A stretch of DNA of 64,000 nucleotides. It comes from Mytilus edulis (Eukaryota). The DNA is taken from the NCBI RefSeq assembly GCF_963676685.1, contig NC_092357.1, forward strand, positions 26,908,001-26,972,000, read 5' to 3'. A program made the translations under genes and the position numbers. The notes beneath the pieces were generated by a model. That model worked only from the letters and a program-made list of their open reading frames with translations. It ran no database searches and was not told the DNA's origin. Shown piece after piece: positions 1 through 12,075 of this stretch. Position 1 is the first letter of the stretch; each line of letters starts with the position of its first letter.

Positions 1-817
1 ATTTTGCAACAAAACATGCTTTTTCAAAATTATAACTGGATAGCTTTTTAAGTAAGATATTATTAATTTATGAATATATGAATTTGTATTATTATAAAAA
101 CTAGAAACTCAAAATCAAGGAGAAAAAAGAGTGCGCCGAACGGACAACAAATCAACATGAAAAATATGTTTATTAATGTTTGTTTACTCTTTACCAGAGG
201 TATATGTACAGTGAAATCTTTCTGGTATAACAGTAATGAAATACAATTACCTTAGCTGTACATGGAAACCCTTACTGAATGTTTGATTCCGAAATGCACT
301 TCAGTTTCGTACCTGTTTATTCCTTTTAACGATTTCGATTCATTGACGAGTCTTTTTGAATGGATGCTCGCCTTGTGTAAACAATGATGAACATGGTATG
401 TTTGATGAACTTTTTAACTGATATTCATTGTTGTAGGATAACTGCAATGCCAGTGGTGGACAATTGACCAGTATTGAAACCAGTGACGAACGTTTTTAGT
501 AGATGCAATTGCATTGATATTGAGCACAAAGGACAAAACGGATAGAAAAAGAGGTAGGGTCAATATGCCGTTGATTTTTTTCACAGAAGGGTCAATTTCA
601 AAAAGTTCCGACAAATTAGAATTTACTATAAAAACAAACAATGAAAATGCTTTTTGATCAGTATCTCGATTTACATATATTATGATATATGTGATAAATA
701 CATGAAATAGTTAAAAGTAAAAACACAAAAATACTGAGCTCCGAGGAAAATTCAAAAAGGAAAATCAAAAATCAAAAGGCAAAATCAAAAGTCCAAACAC
801 ATCAAACGAATGGATAA

Positions 818-921
818 CAACTGTCATATTCCTGACTTGGTACAGGCATTTTCTAATGTAGAAAATGGTGGATTGAACCTGGTTTTATAGCTAGCTAAAC
901 CTCTCACTTGTATGACAGTCG
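818..921 (-). ncRNA. Twister ribozyme-like motif, type P5 permutation, family B (intact core)
   Basis: Minus strand: CGACUGUCAUA(P5)-CAA-GUGA-GAGGU-UUAGCUAGCUAUAAAACCAGGUU-C/AA-UCC-AC-CAUUUUCUA-CAU-UAGAAAAUG(P3)-CCUG-UACCAAGU-CAGG(P4)-AA-UAUGACAGUUG(P5). L4 ACC pairs with GGU and L2 AC with L4 GU. Predicted cleavage between 875 and 874. Confidence 0.75.
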
Positions 922-1111
922 CATCAAATTCCATTACATTGTCAACGATGCATGAACAAAACAAACACACTCAAAAAGTAAAAATATCAAAAACAGGGGT
1001 ACAACAGTCAACATTGTGTTATCATCTTAATATTACTACACAAACAACAAATGTAACAAAGTAGCATGAAAAGGCATACATCAAATTTAACATTCTCATT
1101 TTGCTTCTCTT

Positions 1112-1614
1112 ATACGGCTGAATTTATCTATGCAAAGTCTACCCATGAATGAAAGAAGGTTTTCATTACTGGTGTAAAATTGCGCGTTTGAAATTCGCAC
1201 AGGTAGACACAAAAATAATTTTGTCGTATGACGGCATACAAAAATGCAGACTCACGTAAAGTAGACATAACAAAAAACAGACCTACAGTAAAAATAATAA
1301 ATAAAATAATGGTGTGGTATAAAGTATGACGGGACACATAAGTACAGTTTCACGTCAAATACGGCTGAATTTATCTATGTAAAGTCTACCCATAAATGAT
1401 AGAAGGTTTTCATTACTGGTGTAAAATTGCGCGTTTGAAATTCGCACAGGTAGACATAAAAATAATTTTGTCGTATGACGGCATACATAAATGCAGACTC
1501 ACGTAAAGTAGATATAACAAAAACCAGATTTAACAGTAAAAGTAATAATAATAAATAAAATAATGGTGTGGTTCAAAGTATGACGGGATACATAAGTACA
1601 GTTTCACGTCAAAT
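1112..1614. repeat. Tandem duplication (about 247 bp unit x2) in the PLE 3' tail
   Basis: ATACGGCTGAATTTATCTATG starts at 1112 and 1359; both units end CAGTTTCACGTCAAAT. Confidence 0.9.
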
Positions 1615-1854
1615 GTATATCATAAAAAACAGACTAAACAGAAAAAGTAATCTTATTGAATAAAATAGTTTAGTCATTCATAGTATGTCAAGATCCTTAA
1701 GTAAAAGTAATATCAATAAATGAAATAATTTTGCCGTTCAAAGTATGTGGTTTTACGTAACCACAGAGTCACTTCTAATGAATATCTAAAAAAGACATAT
1801 ACAAGAATACTATAATACGTAATTAAGATGATAACAAACGTCAGTACGCAAAAT

Positions 1855-2241
1855 CTATACTTCAAGACCATCTTGTATTATTTGTGAAGTTGATACGGAA
1901 TATTTATCAACAAGTTCTGGGTATCTTCCGATGAACTTTGTTAGAAAAAGGACGAGACGTTCTTTGACATACCCCTGGTTCATCAATTTTCTGCTCAGAC
2001 ACTGGTGACGTTTTACAAAGTCTGAATAGGAGCTGCAAGCTCTTGAATACCTAATAAGTTGGGAAATGTATATTCCATATGCAGGTGAAGTTGGTATATT
2101 ACTACTAAGGTGGGGGAAATTGATAATTTCAAAATAAAAATCGTCTCGTTTGTCATAGATTCTGGTACTGAGATGACTGTGTATGTCAAATTCAAGGTAT
2201 AAGTCTAAAAATGAGGCAGATGAAGCCGCGTCAACCCTCAA
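1855..2241 (-). pseudogene. Penelope-like reverse transcriptase C-terminal fragment
   Basis: FLDL, YDKRDDF, NFPHLSSNIP, AYGIYISQLIRY motifs; open to its natural stop; 5' part missing. Confidence 0.88.
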
Positions 2242-2498
2242 AAAGGATGAAGGTCCAATATACGGAATTTAGGGTGTTTTTAGGTGGGAAAAACAAGGAA
2301 TCTCCAAGAAGGACATTTCAAACGAAAAGAAAAGTTATGCTTTTTATGACTGTTGTAATTTATACTTCTTTTTCCCTCAAAAATGAAATTGGTTTGGTAT
2401 GTCCTTATTACATAAAAAAACAACATTTTAAATGAAAAAAAACTGTAACATCGCTTAATTGTACTAATATAGTTCCTTAATAAGAACGTATAGACAAG

Positions 2499-2595
2499 CG
2501 TCCCCTTGGCTCCATCGGTAAAGCATAGAACCACTAATTAAAGATTGTTTTTAAGATAAGGTTCGAATCTCGCTCAGACGTTTTGCATTTTTTTG
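2499..2595 (+). mobile_element. Degenerate tRNA-like Pol III unit (SINE head or tRNA pseudogene)
   Basis: A box TGGCTCCATCGG 2507-2518, B box GGTTCGAATC 2560-2569, CGTC/GACG ends, followed by T runs; no good cloverleaf. Confidence 0.4.
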
Positions 2596-3132
2596 TGTTG
2601 TTATATTAAATTTTAATGTTTCTATCATATTTTATCGGATTTTGGCTTGATTCATAGAGTCAATCTGGTTCATTTTGACCATATAGTATACTAGTATATC
2701 ATTTTATTAAAGAAACAATAATGTATCCCTTATTGTGTGCATTCCTGTGACTGTCCATACTTTTGACTTACTTTCTATAACTGTGTTTACATTTATAACA
2801 TATATACAAGGAACAACTGCCGTCAAACTAATGTAGGTGCCTGTACATTATAACCTATAACAGGAGAATTTATTATATTGCAATGAACCCAAATGCTGCT
2901 TGTGTAATATACCCATAACTTAAAATGAGGCCATTGTATACAGGTTCCAAAATAACACAAACAATTTTTCGAAACCTTTTTCGAACATGGTAGTATATGT
3001 ATCAAATGCATTCAACAGCAATTTTGTCGCAAATTCACTAACTGTGTAGATACTAGTACTGACATTTTTACCACCGTCCTTGTACCGGTACCTTAGTCAT
3101 CAGAAAAAAACAACACCACAGAATAATAGACA

Positions 3133-3365
3133 CTCAGATCAAAATAGTTATATAGCCAAACAAGTACAAAGTTGAATAGCATTGAGGCCCAAAAATTCCA
3201 AAAAATTGCCGAATACAGTTAAAGTAATCTTTTGCTGGGTAAGACAAATCTTTAGTTGTTCGAAAAAATCAAAGTTTTGTAACAGGAGAAATTTATAAAA
3301 AAAATGACCATATATTTGATATTCATGTCAACACATATTGTGCTGACATATTGGGCTGGAGATAT
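3133..3365 (-). mobile_element. Retrozyme-family fragment (hammerhead absent)
   Basis: Reverse complement aligns with the body of 61880-62105. Confidence 0.75.
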
Positions 3366-3522
3366 ATTTTTATGACTTTGCATTCATGACACATACTATA
3401 CATTTTTTGTTAATGTTTTTTTAAAGAAATTCATGCAGTTTGAAAATCTATTTGTCAGACCTTTTTTTATTTTACATTTCATGACAAAATTCTTACTTAT
3501 AATGTTGATATCATTATTTTAG

Positions 3523-3746
3523 GATTATACTGGATTGGTCTTACATACAATAACGATGAAATGTCATATAAGTGGTTGTCTGGTGAACCGCTTAACTACA
3601 ACAACTGGTATCAAGGACAACCAGATAATTCAAATTTCCTGGGTACGAGAGCTGCACATTGTGCTATGATAGATAGATTTAATTCTTTCGAATGGGGCGA
3701 CGAAGATTGTTATCAAACTTTTAAGTCCGTTTGTGAAATTCGGTAA
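3523..3746 (+). CDS. C-type lectin domain exon (perlucin/galactose-type lectin-like); upstream exons not found in the window
   Basis: Acceptor TTATTTTAG at 3522, phase 1. Translation LYWIGLTYNNDEMSYKWLSGEPLNYNNWYQGQPDNSNFLGTRAAHCAMIDRFNSFEWGDEDCYQTFKSVCEIR has WIGL, QPD, W-x-D and three C-terminal Cys. Confidence 0.93.
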
Positions 3747-3867
3747 GTAGAATTGAACACCCATTTACTTTGGTTGAAAAATGAGAATGTAAATATGAAA
3801 AACATATTATACAGCTACTTCCTTCTGAAAATAAAAGGGATAAAGGAAATAAGAACATTTCAATTGT

Positions 3868-4003
3868 TTTACCAAGTCAGAAATATGACAGTTGTTGTCC
3901 ATTCGTTTGATGCGTTTTATCATTCGATTTTGTCATTTTATCAGGGACTTTCCGTTTTGCATTTTCCTTAGAGTTCAGTATTTTTTTTGTTATTTTACTT
4001 TAT
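3868..4003 (+). mobile_element. 3' half of the family B twister-bearing tail
   Basis: TACCAAGTCAGAAATATGACAGTTG...TTTTACTTT matches the reverse complement of 713-845. Confidence 0.75.
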
Positions 4004-4169
4004 TTTGTAAAGTATCGAATGGTAAAAGATTTTAACGTTTTGTTGGAATCATAAAGAGTAAATTAACTGATCATAGATACCAGAATTGAAATTTTGTATT
4101 TACGCTTAGTGTGCTTTGTCTGTATGGCTTTTGTGTTCCTTTGTTTTTTATAGGTTTGGATTTTGAGAA

Positions 4170-4450
4170 AATGTTGACTGTTTTATCATTATTTGTGACA
4201 GTTGTACCTTTTGTGTCTGTTTGTTTTGTGTTCACACCGTTGTCAATATAGTGCGACTGTCATATGTGTAAGACGTTTGGCTAGCTATAACCATGTTTAA
4301 TTCATAAGAAAATGCATATACCTAGTCAGGAATATTACAGTTGTTATACATTCGTTTGTTGTGTTTGAGTATTTGATTTTGCCATTTGATGAGGGAATTC
4401 CTGATTTGAAGTTTCCTCAGAGTTGAGTAATTTAGGGATTTTAATTTTCA
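4170..4450 (+). mobile_element. Degenerate family B twister-bearing tail
   Basis: GCGACTGTCATA...GCTAGCTATAACC...TACCTAGTCAGGAATATTACAGTTG; core mutated and partly deleted. Confidence 0.7.
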
Positions 4451-4509
4451 ACCCGTTGACAGATATCACTCTCTTTGCACCTACGTTTAGTATGTTAACC
4501 ACAATAAAT

Positions 4510-4870
4510 AAAGAAGATGTAGTTTGATTGCCACAAATCCCCACAAGACACCAAAGGAAACAGATATTCATAACTATAGGTCACCGTTTGGTCTTCAACA
4601 ATGAACGAATCCAATACCGTAACATTCAGCTATAACAGGCCCAGACATGTCAAATGTAAAACAATTCAAACGAGAAAACTTATTGTCTTATTTATGTAAT
4701 AAATAAACGAAAAACCAATATGTATCACATAAACAAACAATAGCCACTGAGTTACACGCTCCTGACATGGGACATGCACATGCATACAGAATGAGGCCGG
4801 GTAAAACATGTAACCGGGATTTCGACCCTCCCCTAACATGGACCATTAGTGTAACAGTACAACATCAGAA
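4510..4870 (-). mobile_element. Family A twister-bearing repeat, degenerate
   Basis: Colinear with 63655-64000, including CCTGACATGGGACATG and ACCCTCCCCTAAC. Confidence 0.8.
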
Positions 4871-5469
4871 CGGACGATACCCTCGGGGACTGATAGTCCA
4901 CCAGCAGAGGAATCGATCCAGTGGTGTAAAATATTGAAAACAAAACGTTTAATAGTTATTAATTATCCATAAGTAGTAGTAATGAGAACAATGGAGAAAT
5001 GCTATCGACCTATAGCTGACTGTTAAAGCGTATGTTTGTTTTTATCTAAATACAGAAACTAGAAAACAGATTCCTACTTGCGATCATAGATATATATATA
5101 TAATATGTGTTCAATATACTGATTGGCAGATTATTGGTATAAAAAACAATGTGTCTAAAACCACCCTTTATTGAGCAATTTATCTATTTATCTCTATCCA
5201 TACAGTACAAATATCATTATTATTGTTATCATAATCTATTATTTTGAAAAGTAAAACATTGTTGGGATAATCGTATAATACTAGCTATATCATGATATTT
5301 TTTATTTGATATTAATACAAACGGTGCAGTATGTTTAAGAATAAATATCACAGGTATTTCAAAAAAAAAAACAACGAATTGCTTAACAACCACGTTTAAA
5401 TATCTCTGTTTACGACTGACACGATAATGACAATTTTTTTAAATGTTTTTTCATTGTTATGAAACGAAG

Positions 5470-7310
5470 TTGTCTGTGCCATATAGTTTAACCCTTGTCC
5501 GTCATTCCGTCATTCCACAACAAACCGTTATACGGAGTCTTTTTTTTCTAAACGCCTTTAAATATTGGGCTGATTTTTTGTATGTGAGTTAACCATGATG
5601 AGTTACAGATCGAGTTTAAGTTTCGTTCTGGTCCGCTATTTTTTGCATATATTACGGGCTTTGGATTCTGATAAATTGTTTAAAATCAGTTATACGGACT
5701 GTTTTAAACGCTTTCAGATATTAGGCCTATTTTTTTAATGTGAGTTAACCACGATAAGATACAGATCAGTTGGACTTTGATATATATTTTTGAAAATCAC
5801 GTTATACGAACCTTTTTTCTAAATGCTTTCAGATACAGTTGGGTGCAGACCAAGCATTACATAAAGTAAACGCAAGTTAACGCGGCGTGCACATATTTCG
5901 TTAGTTAACTTTAAATTTCGCGTTTACTAGTAAACGCCCGTTTACTTCATTAACGTTAACGCGGTCAAAATGGAAATTTATAATGTCTACTCGAGTAAAC
6001 GCGCGTTTACTCTGTGTCCGTTTAGTCAGTAGTAAACGGCCGTTTACTTCAGATTTCACAAGTTTAATTTTACGTGCACGTAAAAGTAAACGGGCGTTTA
6101 CTACAGATTTCTCAATTGTATTTTTACGTGCACTTGAAAGTAAACGCGCGTTTACTTTTCGCGTTAACTAATTGTGTATCTTATAAAATAATCGTCGTGT
6201 GCATTTGTACATTTATTTATGTTGTTAAAATGACTTAATATTTTACGTATATGTGTTTTGAACCTTAACATTCAAAAACACTTTTTATTAGAAATATAAA
6301 CATTTATCTAGCGGATATTTCTAGATCATTACAAATTGTTTCGTCAATAAATTCTAGATGTACTTCCTGTAACATTTTCTGTCTAGTGTTTACTTTAAAG
6401 TCAGTAACAGATCCACTCTGACGGAAACGTCGTAGAAATGCACTTATCCCCTGTCTAGAAACTTGAACATTATCTGATCGTATCAACTCATCTCTAACTT
6501 CAGTATGTTTTTGCCAGATCTTCTTATACTTAATATCCTCTCACGAATGGTTTTACAGCTCCAGGACGAATTTCCGTTTTGTTCTTATATGCAATGATTA
6601 ATTTTCAATAAATTAATTAAAGAGGTGTCATTTCATTAAATGCAATCGTCAATGTGTTGATCGAAAATGGACAGATGGATATTTTGATGTACCTTATCAT
6701 GTGATATATTAGGTCAGTGTATCCAGGATACGAGGTCAATCTGTGTTAACGCGCGTTTACTACAAACAGTAAACGGGCGTTTACTTTTTTTTTTACAAAA
6801 ATAAAAGACACACCTTTTTCGCGTTAACGCGAAGTAAACGCGAAAGTAAACGCCCGTTTACTCATTACAAAATTAGAAGACGCACGGTTTTCGCGTTAAC
6901 GCGGAGGTAAACGCGAAAGTAAACGCCTGTTTACTATTTATGTCTACTAAAATTTCAGAGTTAACGCAGAGTTAACGCGGCGTTTACATGAAGTGCACGC
7001 GAGTAAACGCCGCGTTAATATTTTAGGCCCGTTTACATGTAATGCTTGGTCTGCACCCAACTGTATAATGGTGATTTTTAGTATGTGAGTTAACCATGAT
7101 AAGTTACAGATCAAGTTTAATGGTCGTTCCGCTCTGTGAATGTTTGCCAAAATTGAGGGTTTACAACTTAAAAATTGTTGAAAATCACAGTTCTAAGGCC
7201 TTTTCTGTAAAGCCCTTCAGATTTTGAGCTGATTTTGGATATGTGAGACTACTGTCATGAGTGTATCAACATGTGTTATTGAAATTGCAGATGTGACCAT
7301 TCGTGTCGCA
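5470..7310 (+). mobile_element. Helentron-type non-autonomous element (HINE-like) interrupted by a Tc1-derived insertion
   Basis: GTCCGTCATTCCGTCATTCC microsatellite, then about 125-160 bp repeats (ATGTGAGTTAACCATGAT at about 5582, 5738 and 7083) continuing on both sides of the insertion. Confidence 0.55.
5836..7063 (-). mobile_element. Tc1/mariner internal-deletion derivative
   Basis: Perfect 27 bp TIR CAGTTGGGTGCAGACCAAGCATTACAT (5836-5862 / 7037-7063), TA TSD on both sides, many GTAAACGCGCGTTTAC-type subterminal palindromes, and a frameshifted HTH remnant (IRERILSIRRSG..EVRDELIRSDNVQVSRQGISAFLRRFRQSGSV) at about 6304-6550(-). Confidence 0.88.
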
Positions 7311-7509
7311 ATGATTCATCTTTTTATCGATGTTTCTCATATCAGGTTGTTCATGTAGTGATGACTAATTGTCTTAAGATAAAACAGGTAGAAACGATAC
7401 AGCATTACACATGTTACATTTATCATAAACAATTTCATATCTAAAAAGGGGTTTGCTACCTTAAAATAAATAATTATATCATATCTAATTATTATTCTGC
7501 CTTTTGTAG

Positions 7510-7640
7510 ATTGACCTAATATCTGTCAGTTTGAGAGAACCATATGCATTATCTGAGGACGACATGCTATGTGCCAATTTGGGAGTCAAATATGAATTAT
7601 CTGAGGACGATATGTTATTTGCATTTGTAATAAATTATTG
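7510..7640 (+). other. Possible terminal exon of the lectin gene (R-L-T-stop plus 3' UTR)
   Basis: Acceptor TTCTGCCTTTTGTAG at 7509; phase fits donor CG/GTAAGT at 3742/3743; AATAAA near 7629. Confidence 0.4.
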
Positions 7641-7859
7641 AGAGACTAAATACGAAGCGTTCTTTGTTTCATTGTTCAAGATGTCATTTATGAAATAGCG
7701 TCCATTGTGAATGATATAACTTTAAAGCTTAATAGTCAGGGACGGCTAAATACGTTGACACGTATGCAAAATATGACAAAAATGACCCTAAAGAAAAGAT
7801 ACATAGATAATCGTAATTTCTTATCTATTTCATCACCATGCAATTATACATAAATAAGT

Positions 7860-8175
7860 AATAGTTCGTATGTTGTGCTGTTACACCATTGTCCCATGGC
7901 GCCGGCAAACATTTTTACAACAACTGCTTTTAAATGTGCAAGAACCAAGACATGACAGCCTTTCAAATCAGTTGTTGCCGTTTGTTGCTTTATATCATAT
8001 TTGGATTCTTTTTGTTGTTTCGAAAATCAGTCAGTCCGTTACTTTTCCTGTTTGAATTGTTATACATTAGTTATTTCGAGCCTATAGAAAACTTCTATTC
8101 AATATATGCTCTTGTTTCATGTGTGCAGTGATGTCTCATTGACAAATAGATCACATATTCTTATTTTATATTTCT
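7860..8175 (+). mobile_element. Highly decayed family A repeat
   Basis: TGTTGTGCTGTTACACCA start and TGTCTCATTGACAAAT..CACATATTCTT end match the family. Confidence 0.5.
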
Positions 8176-8499
8176 CATGTCAGTACCAAATTTAAACAAC
8201 TGATATGATGATACATTCGGGAACTCAAACTCCTTCAGCAGGGATATCGACAACCAATTACTCATCAATTAAAATAACACCTTTATTATAATAATATCAC
8301 GTTCCGTAGGGCGTTTTTCACATTAGCCCCCATCAGCAACTTTCAAATCAAACCTTTCCAAAACTAGGGATGTACCTATTCATCTTCATAAAAGAAACTA
8401 TAAAACTAATAACGACATACAAATATGCCAACTACGGCAAACCACATATATTTATATCGGGTTATGTCCGGCTGAGAATGTTATCGTATTAGTCCTGAA

Positions 8500-10385
8500 T
8501 TGACAATCTCAAATCACAAGAATGTTAACAAGCAAGATTGAATGATAGATATCATTACATCAACTTGCAGGAAACTGAATCCCATAACGTATCAATGAAG
8601 TGAAATAATTTCGAAAAACGTTGAAAGAATCTATAATTACATGTTTATATAAAGTAAATTAAATCACATTGGCAGTGTTTGTCTCTCTTGCTGTGTAGAG
8701 ATTGTAAAAAAATTACGTGACTGTTTAAATGATTAAACTCAATATAACATATTTTTTTCTGGTCTGTTTGTGTTGTCTTTGTGTTAAAGAATACGTGTGC
8801 TTGTGAATTCCTTGTTTTACTAATCATTCCCACCCCGTTGTTCAATGCAAATATTTATTCTATTCAGCTTCTCTATCGACATGTAGAACATTTCTGTTGA
8901 GGTTGGTAAAAGGGACAGATCGTCTTGGCCTGGCAGTTGTAAATGTGCTCTTGTCCTGAACATACATGGCATATTTGCCACTGAACATTGTGTCATGAAA
9001 TAATACGGCATATTTGCCACTGGAAGTTCTGTTCTGAAGAATCACGTGTCTAGACATACACGACATGTTGACCACATGACGTTGAGTTTTTAACATACAT
9101 GGAATATATGCCACTAGACATAAAGCAACGTACATTGAATCAATACCAATACGGCAAACTACTACGTTGAAAAAAGAACAGCAATGTACGTTATTTTTTT
9201 TTCTCAGCGCTAGGTTTAATCTAGTACGTGTGTGATTATTGTATTATGAATACATCAGTTATTTCCAGTTTCCAGTGTTAAATTAAAAAAATAAAGATGC
9301 ATTATCATATGGAAATACATACATATAGTTATGTTTTAATATGCGAGAGAAATAAGAAATAAATTAATAAGAGAAAATATCTATGAGCAAACTGATATCT
9401 AGATTTGTATACATGTATTATTGTCATTGTGTTTATTCTTTTTGGTTACATCTTCTGACATCAGACTCGGACTTCTCTTGAACTGAATTTTAATGTGCGT
9501 ATTGTTTCTTTCCTTGCAATTGTATCAAAATGTGTTTACCTGGATGAAACATAGAACGGAAATAGAGGAGAAGATGTCTAAATCTATCGAGGGTATCACC
9601 AGCCCAGTAGTCAGCACTTTTGTTTGCTGACATGAACTGTCATTGATATGGTTATATTTATAAATTACCTGTTTACAAAATTTTTAATTTTTTGAAAAAA
9701 CTACGGCTTTTCTACCTCAGGCATATATTACCTTAGCTGTGTTTGGCAAAACTTTTCGGAATTTTGGTCCTCAATGCTCTTCAACTTCGTACTTTATTTG
9801 GACTTTTAATTTTTTAGTTGGATTCAAGCGTCATTGGTGAGTCTTTTGTAGACGAAACGCGCGTCTGGCGTATATACAAAATTTAGTACTGGTATCTATG
9901 ATAAGTTTATTGATATCATAAAATGATAAACACTGGTGTTCTTCCTTTATCTGTTTTGGTATCACTGAAAATGTGTTGACGTTATTTTGTGGTACATGTG
10001 GTTTACATTTGTTTGTTTATCAAATTGCTATGTAATACGATGGGCGTTTATCTGCATTTCTATTACATTAAACATAGAAAGGGTTATTTTAAAGATAAAA
10101 GAAAATATTTTGTGAATATGTTATACAATATTTAATGATCTTTACAGTAGTGTTTATTTTTAAAACACTTGATGAATTGCTATTTTGCTTAACTCGTAGT
10201 CTATTTGATTCTGTAAATTTATAATCACTCTGTTTACAAGGAATACGTTAATAAAGGAAGACATGTGTTTTTCTTGTATTTCTTATGTGTTTTCATAGTG
10301 GTTATTTTATTGCAGAAAGTATGCCAACCGCGTCTTTTGATTACTTTTGATTACAATTGTATGCATTAAAACGCACCATGCTGTA
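8500..10385 (+). repeat. Locally duplicated unit R, copy a (contains about 39 bp tandem repeats; interrupted by a retrozyme)
   Basis: Colinear with 15250-16445, 32725-33815, 41960-43100 and, inverted, 29255-31480. Confidence 0.8.
9588..9910 (+). mobile_element. Retrozyme-like monomer with mutated minimal hammerhead (9828-9871)
   Basis: CGAGGGTATCACCAGCCCAGTAGTC...GCGTCA-TTGGTGA-GTCT-TTTGT-AGAC-GAAA-CGCGC-GTC-TGGCGT; the CUGAUGA core carries two substitutions. Confidence 0.85.
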
Positions 10386-11929
10386 TGTTTATTTGCAAAA
10401 TATATGGTTACTATACGAAATAAAATGAATAAGGGAGATAATTTAAGACTTCTTTTTTGAAAAATTACACTTCAAGTATTGTTTGATAGTTAACTTGACA
10501 CTGATTCCCAAAAAAATGGTTTTATATACTATGTAAACTTTTACATTATATTAGTAAAAAAACATAGCTTCTTAGGTTACCACAAGTTGACTTTCTGATG
10601 GCTTTCCAACTTCAAATGATAGTTAAAAAATTCCTATGACCTTTTAATGTTTAACTTGAGATTTCCAATGATGACTTTACTCGACATAACCGAGCTAACA
10701 CAACGTAGAATCTTTTGCTCTTTTAACACGTATTTTTTTGCTTGAATATACTTTTTGTAAAAATCAACCCCAACTATTTTTTTTAATCTTTGAATATTTT
10801 GTTATTAAACTTTGAAAGAATTAATTGAAACAAGTTTTTTAATGGAATAAGTAAGTTAGCAACTTGTAATTAAATACACCCATGATTTATTGTCATTTTA
10901 CTTGACCCATATTTTAGTATTTCTCAAATTATGACTTCTAAAAACTACTAAGACAGCATGTAACATGCACATAGTCCGAAGCGAAAAGATTGTCGTTTTG
11001 TTTTTGTTTTTACAAGGTTTAAGTTTAAAGTAGATTCCAACACACACCAATGTAAAAGGTGTACTCGACTATTTTTTTCAATATTATTTTTCTATAATTT
11101 AATTAAAGATAATTTGATGTGGGCAGACATTCATATCATTGATATATGTATCAAATGGTACTTTTCCGTCTTTATCTTTACTAATGTATAGGACGAGTTG
11201 TTTGTCCTTGTAAACCTAAACGTGAATTCGAGGATACATGATGGCATACTCCCCTCTTTCAATCGCTAGATAATTTTGAAAGTCTCATGTTTTCAATAAT
11301 ATCTATATAAATTGTTACTGTATAATCGTCAGCATAAATCCAATTATCGGGAATCACACCCTCTTTCAAATATCTTGGATTCGGCCATATTTACAAATTG
11401 TGTGGCACGAAAAAAAAAAAACTTAGATCATTGTCGTTTGACCTGGATAAATACTTTTTAAAAACAGGAGATTTAAAAGTTTAAGACTTGATTTTTTATG
11501 TGTTAAGTATCTAACTTAACATAGCAATGTGATATTGACGTGTAGTCTTGCTTTTCTAGACTGTGTATAAATTTCATACTTGGACAATGGTGTAACAGTA
11601 CCACATAAATGTTCAATATTATAAACTGGATAAATATTCTCTATTTATTACTTGTACACTGTAGTTGTTTTTAAGATAGTGTTCAGCAGCTATGGATACT
11701 ATCAGATAGGTGCATGGAGTTTATTATTGGAAATACTATAAATTGCTGTTTTTTTTCTTTGTTTCAGTCCCACAAGTCAATCCCTTTCTTACTGTTATAT
11801 TATAATTGTTACATGATCATTTTATAAACATACTTCAATGATCTCTATCGGCTTTAACTTGGACATGTATATGTAGCATAGATATACATGCGTAAAATAA
11901 GTTCTCGACATAAATTGCCTACAATATCA

Positions 11930-12075
11930 GATAAGAATTCAGCCTCATATTATAATGCCAACGATAAAGAAGCCTCAAATTATAATACTAACGACGAAGA
12001 AGCCTCAAGCTATATATGTACGTATGACGGAAAATAAACCTCTAGCTATATTACTGATGATGATGATGATGATAC
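11930..12075 (+). repeat. 30 bp tandem repeat (about 4 units) followed by a (GAT)n run
   Basis: GCCTCATATTATAATGCCAACGATAAAGAA / GCCTCAAATTATAATACTAACGACGAAGAA / GCCTCAAGCTAT... / ACCTCTAGCTAT. Confidence 0.8.

Larger units (their letters stand above)
713..2241 (-). mobile_element. 5'-truncated Penelope-like retroelement: RT C-terminal/thumb ORF plus about 1.1 kb 3' tail containing a twister motif
   Basis: ORF 1855-2241(-) reads SASFLDL...IYDKRDDFYFEIINFPHLSSNIPTSPAYGIYISQLIRYSRACSSY...LMNQGY, typical of a PLE RT end/thumb. It stops without a C-terminal GIY-YIG. The tail ends in TTTTACTTTT, like the tail copies ending near 31818 and 4003. Confidence 0.85.

Noticed and set aside
335-420. Additional hammerhead remnants (also 4060-4125 and 8270-8350, minus strand)
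   Set aside because: Too decayed to call as ribozymes; only weak similarity to the retrozyme family.
800-930. SECIS element in the PLE tail
   Set aside because: AUGA...GA spacing and apical AA loop do not fit; the twister fold explains the region with covariation.
2499-2580. Functional tRNA gene
   Set aside because: A and B boxes are present but acceptor, anticodon and T stems do not pair properly.
8820-9135. Overlapping ORFs with VANMPCMFRT-like repeats (also 15444-15801)
   Set aside because: They arise from the 39 bp non-coding tandem repeat; frames and stops are not conserved among unit R copies.
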